This document shows positions 8,907 through 17,481 of a stretch of 64,000 nt of DNA, piece after piece. A program made the position numbers and the translations under genes. The notes under the pieces were generated by a model. That model made no database searches. It saw nothing but the letters and a program-made list of their open reading frames with translations, and was not told the origin of the DNA. The stretch comes from Bryobacterales bacterium (GTDB lineage Bacteria; Acidobacteriota; Terriglobia; Bryobacterales; UBA6623). The stretch is taken from positions 4,185,289 to 4,249,288 of the forward strand of contig OY729422.1 of NCBI GenBank assembly GCA_963422305.1, given 5' to 3'. The first letter of the stretch is position 1. The number at the start of each line of letters is the position of its first letter.

Positions 8907-10871
8907 ATGAGGTCGCTGATGAGATTCATAATGCCGGTTTTTTCGCCCAGCGCAGCGATTCTGATCTGCGGGTCACTGGCGGGTTCCGTTCTCTCGGCCC
9001 AGCCGGCGGCGCCTCAGACAGTGACCCCTGAGGCCAAGGCGCGCATGGAGCGCGCCCACCGGGCGGCCGAGCGAGCGAGCCGCGAAGCGTCGGACATCGC
9101 GGGCGCGCTTACCGAGCAGGCCGCCGGCATGCGCCCGCGGGCGGACCCTGCGCCCGGCCCCATCCCGCGGCGCAATTTCATTGACGACCGTATTTTCGGA
9201 CGCATCGAAAAAGACGGCATCCCGCATGCGCCGCTTGCCGGCGACCGCGAGTTCATGCGTCGCGTCTACCTGGACGCTACGGGACGCATCCCCGAGATCG
9301 AAGACCTTACCGCCTTCCTGAACGACGCGGATCCCGACAAGCGGGACAAGCTCATCGATCGCTTGGTCGCAAGCGGCGAGTTCGTCACGCGCTGGTCTTA
9401 CTACTTCGAAGACCTCTTTCGCGCGGGCAACCGTATGGGCTTCGGCAAGAACCTCTTCCACTACTGGATCGAAGAGTGGCTGCGGCTCGACCGTTCCTAC
9501 GCCGACGTCGTCAGCGACCTGCTGACGCAGGGAGGCAAGAGCAGCCATTCCTCGCCGGGAGCGCTCTATTTCGCGCGGGACTTCGTCAAAGCGCTCGACG
9601 ACCCCGAGCAGCCCGACGCGCACGACCTGGTGAATCGCCCCGACTCGATCGACGAGTTCACCATCACCTACGGCAAGGTTTTCCTCGGAGTAAACCTGAG
9701 CTGCATTTCCTGTCACGACGGCAAGCATCACCTGGAGCAGGTCAACCTTTTTCTCACCGGCAAGACGCGCGAAAACTTCTTCCAGCAGGCAGCGTTCTTC
9801 GGCAAGACGCGCATGATCATGAATTGGGAAAACGGCTTTCAGGCGAATACGGAGTACACCGTCGACGACGTCGAGCCGGGCTATCCGACAAAGGCCGAAA
9901 GCATCGTGCGCGTGCCGCGTTGGGGCGGCGATAATACGCCTCGCTTCATTTTGACGGGAGAAGCCGCCAACCCCGAGCGCCTGCCCCGCGACGAGTTGGC
10001 GCGATTCGTCACCGCGGACATTCAATTCGCGCGGGCGACGGTAAACCGCATTTGGGCCGAGTTGATGGGCTTCGGCATCGTCGAGCCGGTGGACGATTTC
10101 GACTTGGAGCGCTATTATCCCAACCAAGAAATTCCCGAGGGTTGGAGCGTCCAGCCGTCGAACCCGTATTTGCTCGACGATCTGGCGAAGGATTTCCAGA
10201 AATCCGGTTTCAGCTTCAAGCATCTGGTAAGGACAATCATGCAGTCGAGCGCCTATCGACTTTCGTCGAAGTTCGAAGCCGAGTGGAAGCCCGAGTACGC
10301 GGCCTACTATCCGCGCAAGTTCGTGCGCATTCTCTCGGGGCCGGAACTGCATGACGCGGTTGCGGTCGCCACCTCGAAGCCGGGATCCTACAAGAGCGGC
10401 GACGGCGAGGCGCCGCTGGCGATGGAATTGCTCGACCCGGCGCACGCCGACACCGAAGCGGCCGAGTTCTTGCGGGCGTTCGGCCAGCAGAGCCGCGACG
10501 AGATGCCCTCGCGGACGCCGTCGTCGGCATTGCAGGCGATGCTGTTGATGAACTCGGAAATCGTGCTCGAACGCGTGAAGGCCACGGGAAACAGCCGCGT
10601 GGACCGGTTGCTCTCTCGCCGTGCGGACGACCGTGTACTGGTCGCGGACGCGCTGGCGGCCGCAACCGGAAAAACTCCTGATCCGCAGGCTGTGGAGGCG
10701 GCGATCGACCGCGGGCTCGTCAACCGCATATACCTCGCGACGCTTTCGCGCAGCCCGCTCCCGACGGAGATGGACATTGCGCTGACCGCGCTTGCCAAAG
10801 ACCGCGAGAGGGGCCTCGAAAACCTACAATGGGCGCTGCTGAACAAACCGGAGTTCCTGTTCAACTATTAG
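8907..10871 (+). CDS. DUF1549 (PSCyt2) / DUF1553 (PSD1) domain protein
   Basis: Signal peptide. DUF1549-type FIDDRIFGRIEKDGIPHAPLAGDREFMRRVYLDATGRIPEIEDLTAFLND..KRDKLIDRLVASGEF and a CISCH motif. C-terminal DUF1553-like end ...LENLQWALLNKPEFLFNY. Confidence 0.85.
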   Translation: MRSLMRFIMPVFSPSAAILICGSLAGSVLSAQPAAPQTVTPEAKARMERAHRAAERASREASDIAGALTEQAAGMRPRADPAPGPIPRRNFIDDRIFGRIEKDGIPHAPLAGDREFMRRVYLDATGRIPEIEDLTAFLNDADPDKRDKLIDRLVASGEFVTRWSYYFEDLFRAGNRMGFGKNLFHYWIEEWLRLDRSYADVVSDLLTQGGKSSHSSPGALYFARDFVKALDDPEQPDAHDLVNRPDSIDEFTITYGKVFLGVNLSCISCHDGKHHLEQVNLFLTGKTRENFFQQAAFFGKTRMIMNWENGFQANTEYTVDDVEPGYPTKAESIVRVPRWGGDNTPRFILTGEAANPERLPRDELARFVTADIQFARATVNRIWAELMGFGIVEPVDDFDLERYYPNQEIPEGWSVQPSNPYLLDDLAKDFQKSGFSFKHLVRTIMQSSAYRLSSKFEAEWKPEYAAYYPRKFVRILSGPELHDAVAVATSKPGSYKSGDGEAPLAMELLDPAHADTEAAEFLRAFGQQSRDEMPSRTPSSALQAMLLMNSEIVLERVKATGNSRVDRLLSRRADDRVLVADALAAATGKTPDPQAVEAAIDRGLVNRIYLATLSRSPLPTEMDIALTALAKDRERGLENLQWALLNKPEFLFNY

Positions 10872-10884
10872 GCGGTAATGTCAT

Positions 10885-12270
10885 ATGAAAACCGTTGGTG
10901 ATATCGCTCCGACCCGTCGCGATGCCGTTAAATTCGGCACGTTCAGTCTGTTGGGCGCCTTCGTGGAAACCGCTCTGCGGCCCCCGCGACTGCGCGCCGC
11001 CGGCCGTGCCGACCCGCGCGGCACGGCGCGCAACTGTATTGTGGTCGAAGCCGCCGGCGCCATCTCTCATGTCGACACTTTCGACTTCAAAGAAGACGAA
11101 GGCACACAGCCGGACTTCGATGTGCGGCAGATCCGCGACGATCTCTATCTGTCGCGCCGGCTCTTCCCCGAGCTTTCGTCCGAGATGGACAAGGTGTCGA
11201 TCGTGCGCACCTTCAAGAGCCATGAGGTGGTGCATTTCCGCGGCGAATACTACACGCGGGCCGGACGGCCGCTGAACCCCGCCCAAGCGGCCGAGATCCC
11301 GCCGGTCGGCTCGGTCGTAGCCTACGAACTGGATGCGCAGCGGCGCGAGTCGGACACGTTCCCGACCTATGTCAGTTGCAATTTGAAAAACCTGGCGCTG
11401 CCCAGCGGTTTCCTGCACCCGCGGTTTTCCGGACTCGACATCAATGCCATGGCCGGCGCGGGCAGCGTCTCCGCCAAGGGCAAAGCGCTGGCGCTGCTGG
11501 AAGAACGCTTTCGCTTGTTGAACGCTCTCGAAAAAGCGGTTGACGCCGACCGTGGCAAACGCGGCCGGGCGCCCGATTCGTTCCGCGCGTTCCAGCAGGA
11601 CGCCTACCGCATCCTGGGAGATAACCGCTGGCCGCAAGCGTTGACACCGGCCGCGGAAGACAAAAAACGCTACGGCGAAAACGAAGTCGGCCTGGGGTGC
11701 TTGCTGGCCCGCAACCTGATCCGCGCCAATGCGGGCACACGCTATGTGCATATCAAGCATTCCGGCTGGGACCACCATAAATATATCTACGACCATTCGC
11801 GGAAATCGAATCATTACATTCACTGCAACAACATCGACCGCGCCGTGGCCAACTTGCTGCGCGACCTCGAAAGCACACCGTCGCAGCACGCGCCGGGCAA
11901 GACCATGCTCGACGAGACACTGGTTGTCGTGCCAACCGAGTTCGGGCGCGTGCCCGGCAAGTTGAATCTCGTCGCCGGCCGACATCACTACAACAAGACT
12001 TATATCGGCCTTTTCGCCGGGGGCGGCGTCAAGGGCGGAAGGATTATCGGCCGCACGGATTCCCGAGGCGAGCAAGTCATCGAGACCGGCTGGAAGTACC
12101 GCCTACAGCCCAAGACCGAGAACATCTACGCCTCGCTGTACTCGGCGCTCGGCATCGATTGGCGCAAAGAGATTCTCGACACGCCGTCGAAGCGCGCCTA
12201 CCGTTATGTCGATCACCTGGGCGCTACCGAGATGTGCGTCGACGACGAAATCGAGGAGTTGTTCGTCTAG
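10885..12270 (+). CDS. DUF1501 domain protein (sulfatase/alkaline-phosphatase-like fold), Tat-type leader
   Basis: TRRDAVKFG leader. DUF1501 signatures are present: AGAISHVDTFDFKED, HSGWDHH, PTEFGRVPG, GRHHY, GGGVKGG. Confidence 0.85.
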   Translation: MKTVGDIAPTRRDAVKFGTFSLLGAFVETALRPPRLRAAGRADPRGTARNCIVVEAAGAISHVDTFDFKEDEGTQPDFDVRQIRDDLYLSRRLFPELSSEMDKVSIVRTFKSHEVVHFRGEYYTRAGRPLNPAQAAEIPPVGSVVAYELDAQRRESDTFPTYVSCNLKNLALPSGFLHPRFSGLDINAMAGAGSVSAKGKALALLEERFRLLNALEKAVDADRGKRGRAPDSFRAFQQDAYRILGDNRWPQALTPAAEDKKRYGENEVGLGCLLARNLIRANAGTRYVHIKHSGWDHHKYIYDHSRKSNHYIHCNNIDRAVANLLRDLESTPSQHAPGKTMLDETLVVVPTEFGRVPGKLNLVAGRHHYNKTYIGLFAGGGVKGGRIIGRTDSRGEQVIETGWKYRLQPKTENIYASLYSALGIDWRKEILDTPSKRAYRYVDHLGATEMCVDDEIEELFV

Positions 12271-13044
12271 GTGGCCTGCGGCCGCATCCTGCCGGCGTTT
12301 TTGATTCTGGCCGGAGCCGCTCCGGCCGAAGAAGCCGGCATGGTTCTCATCCCGGCGGGGACTTTTCAGATGGGCCGGACGAAGACCACTGCGGACGACA
12401 AGACGGGGATGCGCCCGAAAGCGCTGCGGGACGACCGCCTGGTTCACGCAGTCGCCCTCGACGCCTACTACCTGGACGTGCGCGAGGTGAGCCGGCGCGA
12501 CTACGCCTTGTTCGTTGCGGCCTCCGGACGCACGCCGCCCTATCATTGGCTCGGTGGCGAAGCGCCCGCAGGCAAGGAAGATTACGCGGTCCATAACGTC
12601 GATTGGAGCGACGCGACGGCGTATTGCGCCTGGGCCGGAAAGCGGCTGCCCACCGAGGCCGAATGGGAACGTGCCGCCCGCGGCGGTCTGGAAGAGATGG
12701 ATTATCCGTGGGGCGACGAAGCCCCTACCGGTAGAGCTCGCTTCAACACTGTGCAAGGCCCCGGGCCGGCGGGCAAGTTCAAGCAGAACGCGTTCGGGCT
12801 TTATGACATGGCCGGCGGCGTTGCGGAGTGGTGCTCGGATTGGTTCGAGCGCACATATTACGAAACCAGTCCTGAAAAAAACCCGAAAGGCCCCGATGCC
12901 GGCATGTACAAATCCGTTCGCGGCGGTTCGTGGGCGTCGGGCCCCCGCCGTATCACGGTATTTTTCCGCAACTGGGTTCGCCCTAACCAAAAGACGCCGA
13001 ATATCGGTTTCCGCTGTGCCAAAGATGCAAAAGACAAGGAGTAG
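12271..13044 (+). CDS. FGE-sulfatase (SUMF1/EgtB/PvdO) domain protein lacking the canonical FGE cysteine pair
   Basis: GTG start directly follows the DUF1501 TAG stop. Motifs MVLIPAGTFQMG, DWSDATAYCAWAGKRLPTEAEWERAARGG, FGLYDMAGGVAEWCSDW and RGGSWASGPRR...IGFRCAKD are present. There are no Cys residues in the RGGS...R segment. Confidence 0.8.
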   Translation: MACGRILPAFLILAGAAPAEEAGMVLIPAGTFQMGRTKTTADDKTGMRPKALRDDRLVHAVALDAYYLDVREVSRRDYALFVAASGRTPPYHWLGGEAPAGKEDYAVHNVDWSDATAYCAWAGKRLPTEAEWERAARGGLEEMDYPWGDEAPTGRARFNTVQGPGPAGKFKQNAFGLYDMAGGVAEWCSDWFERTYYETSPEKNPKGPDAGMYKSVRGGSWASGPRRITVFFRNWVRPNQKTPNIGFRCAKDAKDKE

Positions 13045-13259
13045 CGGTGCGCTTACGGTGATCCCTTTCGGCAACCGCCTGTTGAAGGAGTCCATGGCTT
13101 GGCGGCCGGGCGAGTCCTGTCCTCCGGAAGTCCCCGGCATCGGATACGACGAGGGCCCACTCACGGAGATTCACGCCGCGTGACGAGCATCCGCGCCGTC
13201 TCGCCGACGCCGGCCTTTCCCGGCATGGCGGACTGCGCCGCGGCGACGAGAAGGGCTGC

Positions 13260-14555
13260 ATGAGCATGGCCGTAAAAATCCCGAATGTCAGGTGGCGTAT
13301 TGCTGCTTTGCTCTTTTTTGCCTCGGTCATCAATTACGTTGACCGGCAAACGCTGTCGGTCCTGGCGTCGGAGATCACCGCCGAGCTTGGGATTTCCGAC
13401 ATTGAATACTCTTATGTCCTTACGGCGTTTACCTTTTGCTACATGGGCATGTACATCGTTTCCGGCCTATTGATCGACCGCTGGGGAACGCGGTTGGCTC
13501 TTTCGGTTTCGATGATCTGGTGGTCGATCGCAAACGCTTTGCACGCTTTTTCATCGGGGGCTTTCAGTCTTGGCGTATTTCGAGCGTTGCTCGGCATCGG
13601 CGAGTCGGGTAATTTTCTGGCCGCCGAAAAAGCCATTTCCGAATGGTTCCCGCCGAAAGAGCGGGGCGCCGCCAACGGCCTCGTCAACGCCGCCGCCGCC
13701 ACGGGGGCGATTCTTGCTCCTCCTCTGATTGTTTTTTTGTTCGAGAAGTGGGGATGGCGGGCCGCATTCGTGCTCACCGGAGCGCTCGGCTTCGGCTGGA
13801 TGCTTTATTGGCTGCGCTGGTATTGGCCGCCCTCTCATCACGCTCGAGTGATGCCGGAGGAGATTGACTTGATCGAGCGCGGACTGGCTGACGCGGGCCC
13901 GCCCAAGCGGAAGATCCGTTGGAGCGAACTGTTTCGGTTCCGCCAGACCTGGGGGCTGTTCCTGGCGCGGATGGTAGCCGATCCGTTGTGGTGGTTCTAC
14001 CTCTTCTGGCTGCCGAAATACCTGCGCGAGGAACGCGGCTTCACCATGGCCGAAATCGGCTTGGTTGCCTGGATGCCGTATCTCACCGCGGATCTCGGCG
14101 GCATCGCAGGCGGCTGGCTGTCCGGCCGGCTAATCGGCAAGTCCCGCTTCGCTGGCGCCGCCCGCAAGCGTCTCATGCTGTTCAGCGCCCTCATCATGCC
14201 TGTTGGCTTGTTGATCAATCATGTTGGAAATTCGGCCGCAGTGGTCGCCATTATTTGTATCGTCACTTTTGCCCACATGTCATGGAAGACAAATCTGATG
14301 ACGATGACAAACGACATCTATCCCACCGCAATCGTCGGCTCGGCCGCAGGTCTGGTCGGACTCGGCAGCGGACTCGGCGGTTTTCTGTTCCAGCCCTACG
14401 TCGGACACATCGTGCAAAACTATTCTTACGCTCCGATTTTTACCACCATCGCTTTTCTACATCCCGCTGCGTTCGGACTCGTACACGTTTTGATTCGCAA
14501 ACCACTCGCAACGACAGCCGAAACACCCGGCTTTGGGAGCGCGGAAACGTCATGA
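13260..14555 (+). CDS. MFS transporter, hexuronate/ACS (ExuT-like) type
   Basis: About 12 predicted TM segments. N-terminal RWRIAALLFFASVINYVDRQTLSVLA is typical of ExuT-like carriers. Confidence 0.85.
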   Translation: MSMAVKIPNVRWRIAALLFFASVINYVDRQTLSVLASEITAELGISDIEYSYVLTAFTFCYMGMYIVSGLLIDRWGTRLALSVSMIWWSIANALHAFSSGAFSLGVFRALLGIGESGNFLAAEKAISEWFPPKERGAANGLVNAAAATGAILAPPLIVFLFEKWGWRAAFVLTGALGFGWMLYWLRWYWPPSHHARVMPEEIDLIERGLADAGPPKRKIRWSELFRFRQTWGLFLARMVADPLWWFYLFWLPKYLREERGFTMAEIGLVAWMPYLTADLGGIAGGWLSGRLIGKSRFAGAARKRLMLFSALIMPVGLLINHVGNSAAVVAIICIVTFAHMSWKTNLMTMTNDIYPTAIVGSAAGLVGLGSGLGGFLFQPYVGHIVQNYSYAPIFTTIAFLHPAAFGLVHVLIRKPLATTAETPGFGSAETS

Positions 14556-15262
14556 CCAGAGTCAAACGCATTGCTCGTTCCCGTATCGCCGATGAGGTCT
14601 TCGAATCGCTTCGCCGAGCCATTCTCGACCGCAACTTCATGCCCGGAGAACGGCTCGAAGTGCGCAGCCTTGCCACCGATTTCGACGTCAGCGAAATGCC
14701 CGTGCGCCAAGCCGTTAATCGTTTGCAGGCGGTCGGCCTGGTCGAAATCAAGCCGCGCAGCGGCACCTTCGTTGCCCAACTCGACAAAGACGAATTACTC
14801 GAAACCTTCGATATTCGCCGCGCGCTTGAATGCCTTGCCGTCGAGTCCGCCGTCATCCGTGTTTCGGAAGCGGAACTGACTGAACTCGATGAACTGCTGG
14901 CGAAGATGGACGAGTCCCTGGCCAAATGCCTCGTCGCCGAAAGACACGACAATTTCAATATGCTTTTCCATCGTCGTATCGTCGAGATTTCAGGTAACAG
15001 GAAGTTGCTCGAGATGTATGAGGAATTGCATGCGCACATCAAGATTGCACGTGTGCATTCGCGCAGCCGCGACTGGAAAAGGCGCGTGCAGCGCGCTCAG
15101 CAGGAGCACCGCCGCATTCTGGCCGGGCTTGCCAAACGTGACCGGCAAGAGACGATCGCGGCGCTCGGCGAGCACATCGACCGCGCGAGACGCAATCTGA
15201 TCCGCGACCACGAAAACTTCTTTGCCGAAGGAGCGGATCGAGGCGTTTTCACCAGGAGATGA
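14552..15262 (+). CDS. GntR/FadR-family transcriptional regulator (FCD domain)
   Basis: ATG overlaps the MFS stop (ATGA). wHTH ADEVFESLRRAILDRNFMPGERLEVRSLATDFDVSEMPVRQAVNRLQAVGLVEIKPRSGTFV, followed by a helical FCD-like C-terminus. Confidence 0.85.
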   Translation: MTRVKRIARSRIADEVFESLRRAILDRNFMPGERLEVRSLATDFDVSEMPVRQAVNRLQAVGLVEIKPRSGTFVAQLDKDELLETFDIRRALECLAVESAVIRVSEAELTELDELLAKMDESLAKCLVAERHDNFNMLFHRRIVEISGNRKLLEMYEELHAHIKIARVHSRSRDWKRRVQRAQQEHRRILAGLAKRDRQETIAALGEHIDRARRNLIRDHENFFAEGADRGVFTRR

Positions 15263-15263
15263 T

Positions 15264-16151
15264 GTGAGTCGTTCGCTCGAAGGAATCGTCCCCATCCTGG
15301 CGACCCCGTTCACAGCGGGAGGCGCAGTCGACTACGAAAGTCTGGAATCGTTGGTTGATCATCTGCTCGAGCAGGGAGCGCATGGACTGGGCGTGTTCGG
15401 CAACGCCGGCGAGGGCTACGCTTTACTCGCTTCGGAAAGACGGGAAATACTGTCCCGCGTGGCGAGGCGGGCGTCCGGCCGGATTCCGTTGTGCGTCGGA
15501 GTGGGCGCGACCGGGACTGCCGCCGCAGTGGAGGCCTGCCGCGAAGCCGAGAGGCTCGGCGCAACCGTGCTGATGGTCTTGCCTCCCTATTATCTGAAAC
15601 CCGACGCTGACGGTGTCGCCGCCTTCTACTCGGCCGTCGGCGAAGCGGTCGCCGTGCCGATCATGGTGCAGGACGCTCCGTTGTTGACCGGGGTCAACAT
15701 CCCGCCGGCGCTCATGGCGCGGCTTGCAGGCGAAATCGACGCGGTGCGTTACGCCAAGATCGAGGCTCCGCCGACCGCGCCGAAGATCACTGCCCTCCGG
15801 GAGGCGGCGCCGGAGTTGACACTGCTGGGCGGACTCAACGGCTGGTTCATGATTGAAGAGATCACCCGAGGATCGCGCGGGCAGATGCCTGCGGCCGACA
15901 TGACTTCGATCTACATCGAAATCTGGAATCACATCGAAGCGGGCGACCGCGAGGCCGCTTGGCGCAGTTTTCGGCAAGCTCTACCGCTGATCCGTTTCGA
16001 ATTGCAGCCGGGTCTCGGCGTTTCGGCAGTGAAACACAACCTGCTGCAACGCGGGGTGATTCGCTCGGCCGCGGTTCGCCCGCCGACGCGCTCGCTGGAT
16101 GCCTCCGGGCTGGAGGAGTTGGTCGAGTTGCGGCGATTGGTTTTCTCCTGA
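15264..16151 (+). CDS. Dihydrodipicolinate synthase/N-acetylneuraminate lyase family protein (probable 2-keto-3-deoxy sugar-acid aldolase or dehydratase)
   Basis: GIVPILATPF...GAHGLGVFGNAGEGY, with a lysine in VRYAKIEAP. GTG 15264 gives a typical N-terminus. An alternative ATG at 15222 would overlap the GntR gene. Confidence 0.8.
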   Translation: MSRSLEGIVPILATPFTAGGAVDYESLESLVDHLLEQGAHGLGVFGNAGEGYALLASERREILSRVARRASGRIPLCVGVGATGTAAAVEACREAERLGATVLMVLPPYYLKPDADGVAAFYSAVGEAVAVPIMVQDAPLLTGVNIPPALMARLAGEIDAVRYAKIEAPPTAPKITALREAAPELTLLGGLNGWFMIEEITRGSRGQMPAADMTSIYIEIWNHIEAGDREAAWRSFRQALPLIRFELQPGLGVSAVKHNLLQRGVIRSAAVRPPTRSLDASGLEELVELRRLVFS

Positions 16152-16157
16152 GCCGGC

Positions 16158-17366
16158 ATGAAAATCTCCGCGATCGATGCATTTCCGATCCGCTTGCGGC
16201 GCGATCCAGATCGGGCCGCAGGAAGCGCCGGCTCACCGACCCGTCTCGCGGCAAGCCGATTAGATTATCGTTGGTCACAGACTTACCCCGCCCTCTATTC
16301 GATCAATTTCGAGACGGCGCTTGTTAGAGTGACCACCGATGACGGGCTCGAGGGTTGGGGCGAGGCGCAGGCTCCCTTGGCGCCCGAAGTAGTATGCACG
16401 ATAGTCGAGACGCTATTGCGTGTGGCGCTCGCGGACGAAGAATTCTCGGGATCGCCCGAGCGTATCCGTGAACTGTGGCAGCGCATGTACTCCACCATGC
16501 GCGTCCGCGGACAGACCGGCGGGTTCATGCTCGATGCGATTAGCGGCGTCGACTTGGCCTTGTGGGATCTCGCCGGCAAGATTGCCGGCAAACCCGCCGC
16601 CGAGCTCATCGCGGGAGCATCCGCGCGAAAGAGCTTGCCCGCATATCTTTCGGGGTTGACAGGCGCCAAGAACTCCGAGCGGGTCGCGCAAGCGGAGAAG
16701 CACTGGGAAGAGGGCTTTCGAACCTTCAAGTTATTTTTCGACCGGAGCGAAACCGAGTTATTCGACTTGATTGACCGCCTGCGGCAGCGTTTTGGAAGCG
16801 CCGTTCGCATCGCCGTCGATGCGCTGTGGAGATTGAATGAGGCGGACTGCCGGCCTTTTACCGAAGCTCTCGACGAACGGGATATTCTGTGGCTCGAATG
16901 TCCTCTGCAGCCGGAAGACGCCGCGGCCCACGCGCGCCTCGCCACGCGAACGAAGACGCCCCTAGCGCTCGGCGAGAGTTACCGGACGCGATTCGAGTTG
17001 CGTCCGTTCTTCGACCGAAACGTCTTCAAATGGCTGCAACCCGATCTTGGGCGCTGCGGCATCACGGAAGCCGTCGAGTGGGCGCGCTTGGCGCGGGATG
17101 CCGATATAAAGATCGTTCCCCATGTCAGTATTGCGCTGGGCCCCCAGATTGCCGCTGCGCTCCATCTGTCGGCGGCGGCGCCGAACTCTCCTCTCGTTGA
17201 GTACAACCCGAGGGTGCTGGAGATCGCAAACCGGCATCAAGAGGAACCCATCGTCATGCAAGCAGCACGATACGTTCTTCCGAAAAGCCCCGGTCTCGGC
17301 GCGAGGATTCGAATGCCCCATCGCCGGTACCAGGCGCTGCCGGACCCGATCGTGCAGCCGCGATGA
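16158..17366 (+). CDS. Enolase-superfamily (mandelate racemase/muconate lactonizing) enzyme, probable acid-sugar dehydratase
   Basis: Motifs VRVTTDDGLEGWGEAQ, DLALWDLAGKIAGKP, AVDALWRL and LWLECPL are arranged as in MR/MLE members. Confidence 0.8.
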   Translation: MKISAIDAFPIRLRRDPDRAAGSAGSPTRLAASRLDYRWSQTYPALYSINFETALVRVTTDDGLEGWGEAQAPLAPEVVCTIVETLLRVALADEEFSGSPERIRELWQRMYSTMRVRGQTGGFMLDAISGVDLALWDLAGKIAGKPAAELIAGASARKSLPAYLSGLTGAKNSERVAQAEKHWEEGFRTFKLFFDRSETELFDLIDRLRQRFGSAVRIAVDALWRLNEADCRPFTEALDERDILWLECPLQPEDAAAHARLATRTKTPLALGESYRTRFELRPFFDRNVFKWLQPDLGRCGITEAVEWARLARDADIKIVPHVSIALGPQIAAALHLSAAAPNSPLVEYNPRVLEIANRHQEEPIVMQAARYVLPKSPGLGARIRMPHRRYQALPDPIVQPR

Positions 17367-17481
17367 GGACTCCTCACGCCACGAGATACCGAATATCTCT
17401 ATCCGGACCGCTGCGGCCAAAACTTACTGCCGACTAACTCTGAAACAGTACACTAGGAGCGAATCGGACGCTTTCCCGTTT

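Noticed and set aside
7933-13164. Long minus-strand ORFs (7933..8820, 7985..8728, 8973..10445, 10861..12075, 12103..13164) opposite the NHL, DUF1549/1553, DUF1501 and FGE-like genes
   Set aside because: All are antisense to ORFs with recognisable domains. None shows motifs, and their composition (R, A, G, P rich) indicates high-G+C frame artefacts.
13919-14551. N-terminal 211 codons of ORF 13919..15262
   Set aside because: It lies out of frame inside the MFS transporter gene. The GntR regulator starts at ATG 14552, which overlaps the MFS stop codon (ATGA).
17122-17481. N-terminal extension of the ThiF ORF
   Set aside because: It overlaps the 3' end of the enolase-superfamily gene in another frame. 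ThiF homology begins at MDKAQRERYSRQ (ATG 17482).
17367-17481. Possible TPP riboswitch upstream of thiF
   Set aside because: I could not find the conserved CUGAGA and ACCUGAUCUGGAUAAUGCCAGCG-type elements. The region is too short and lacks the expected pairing.
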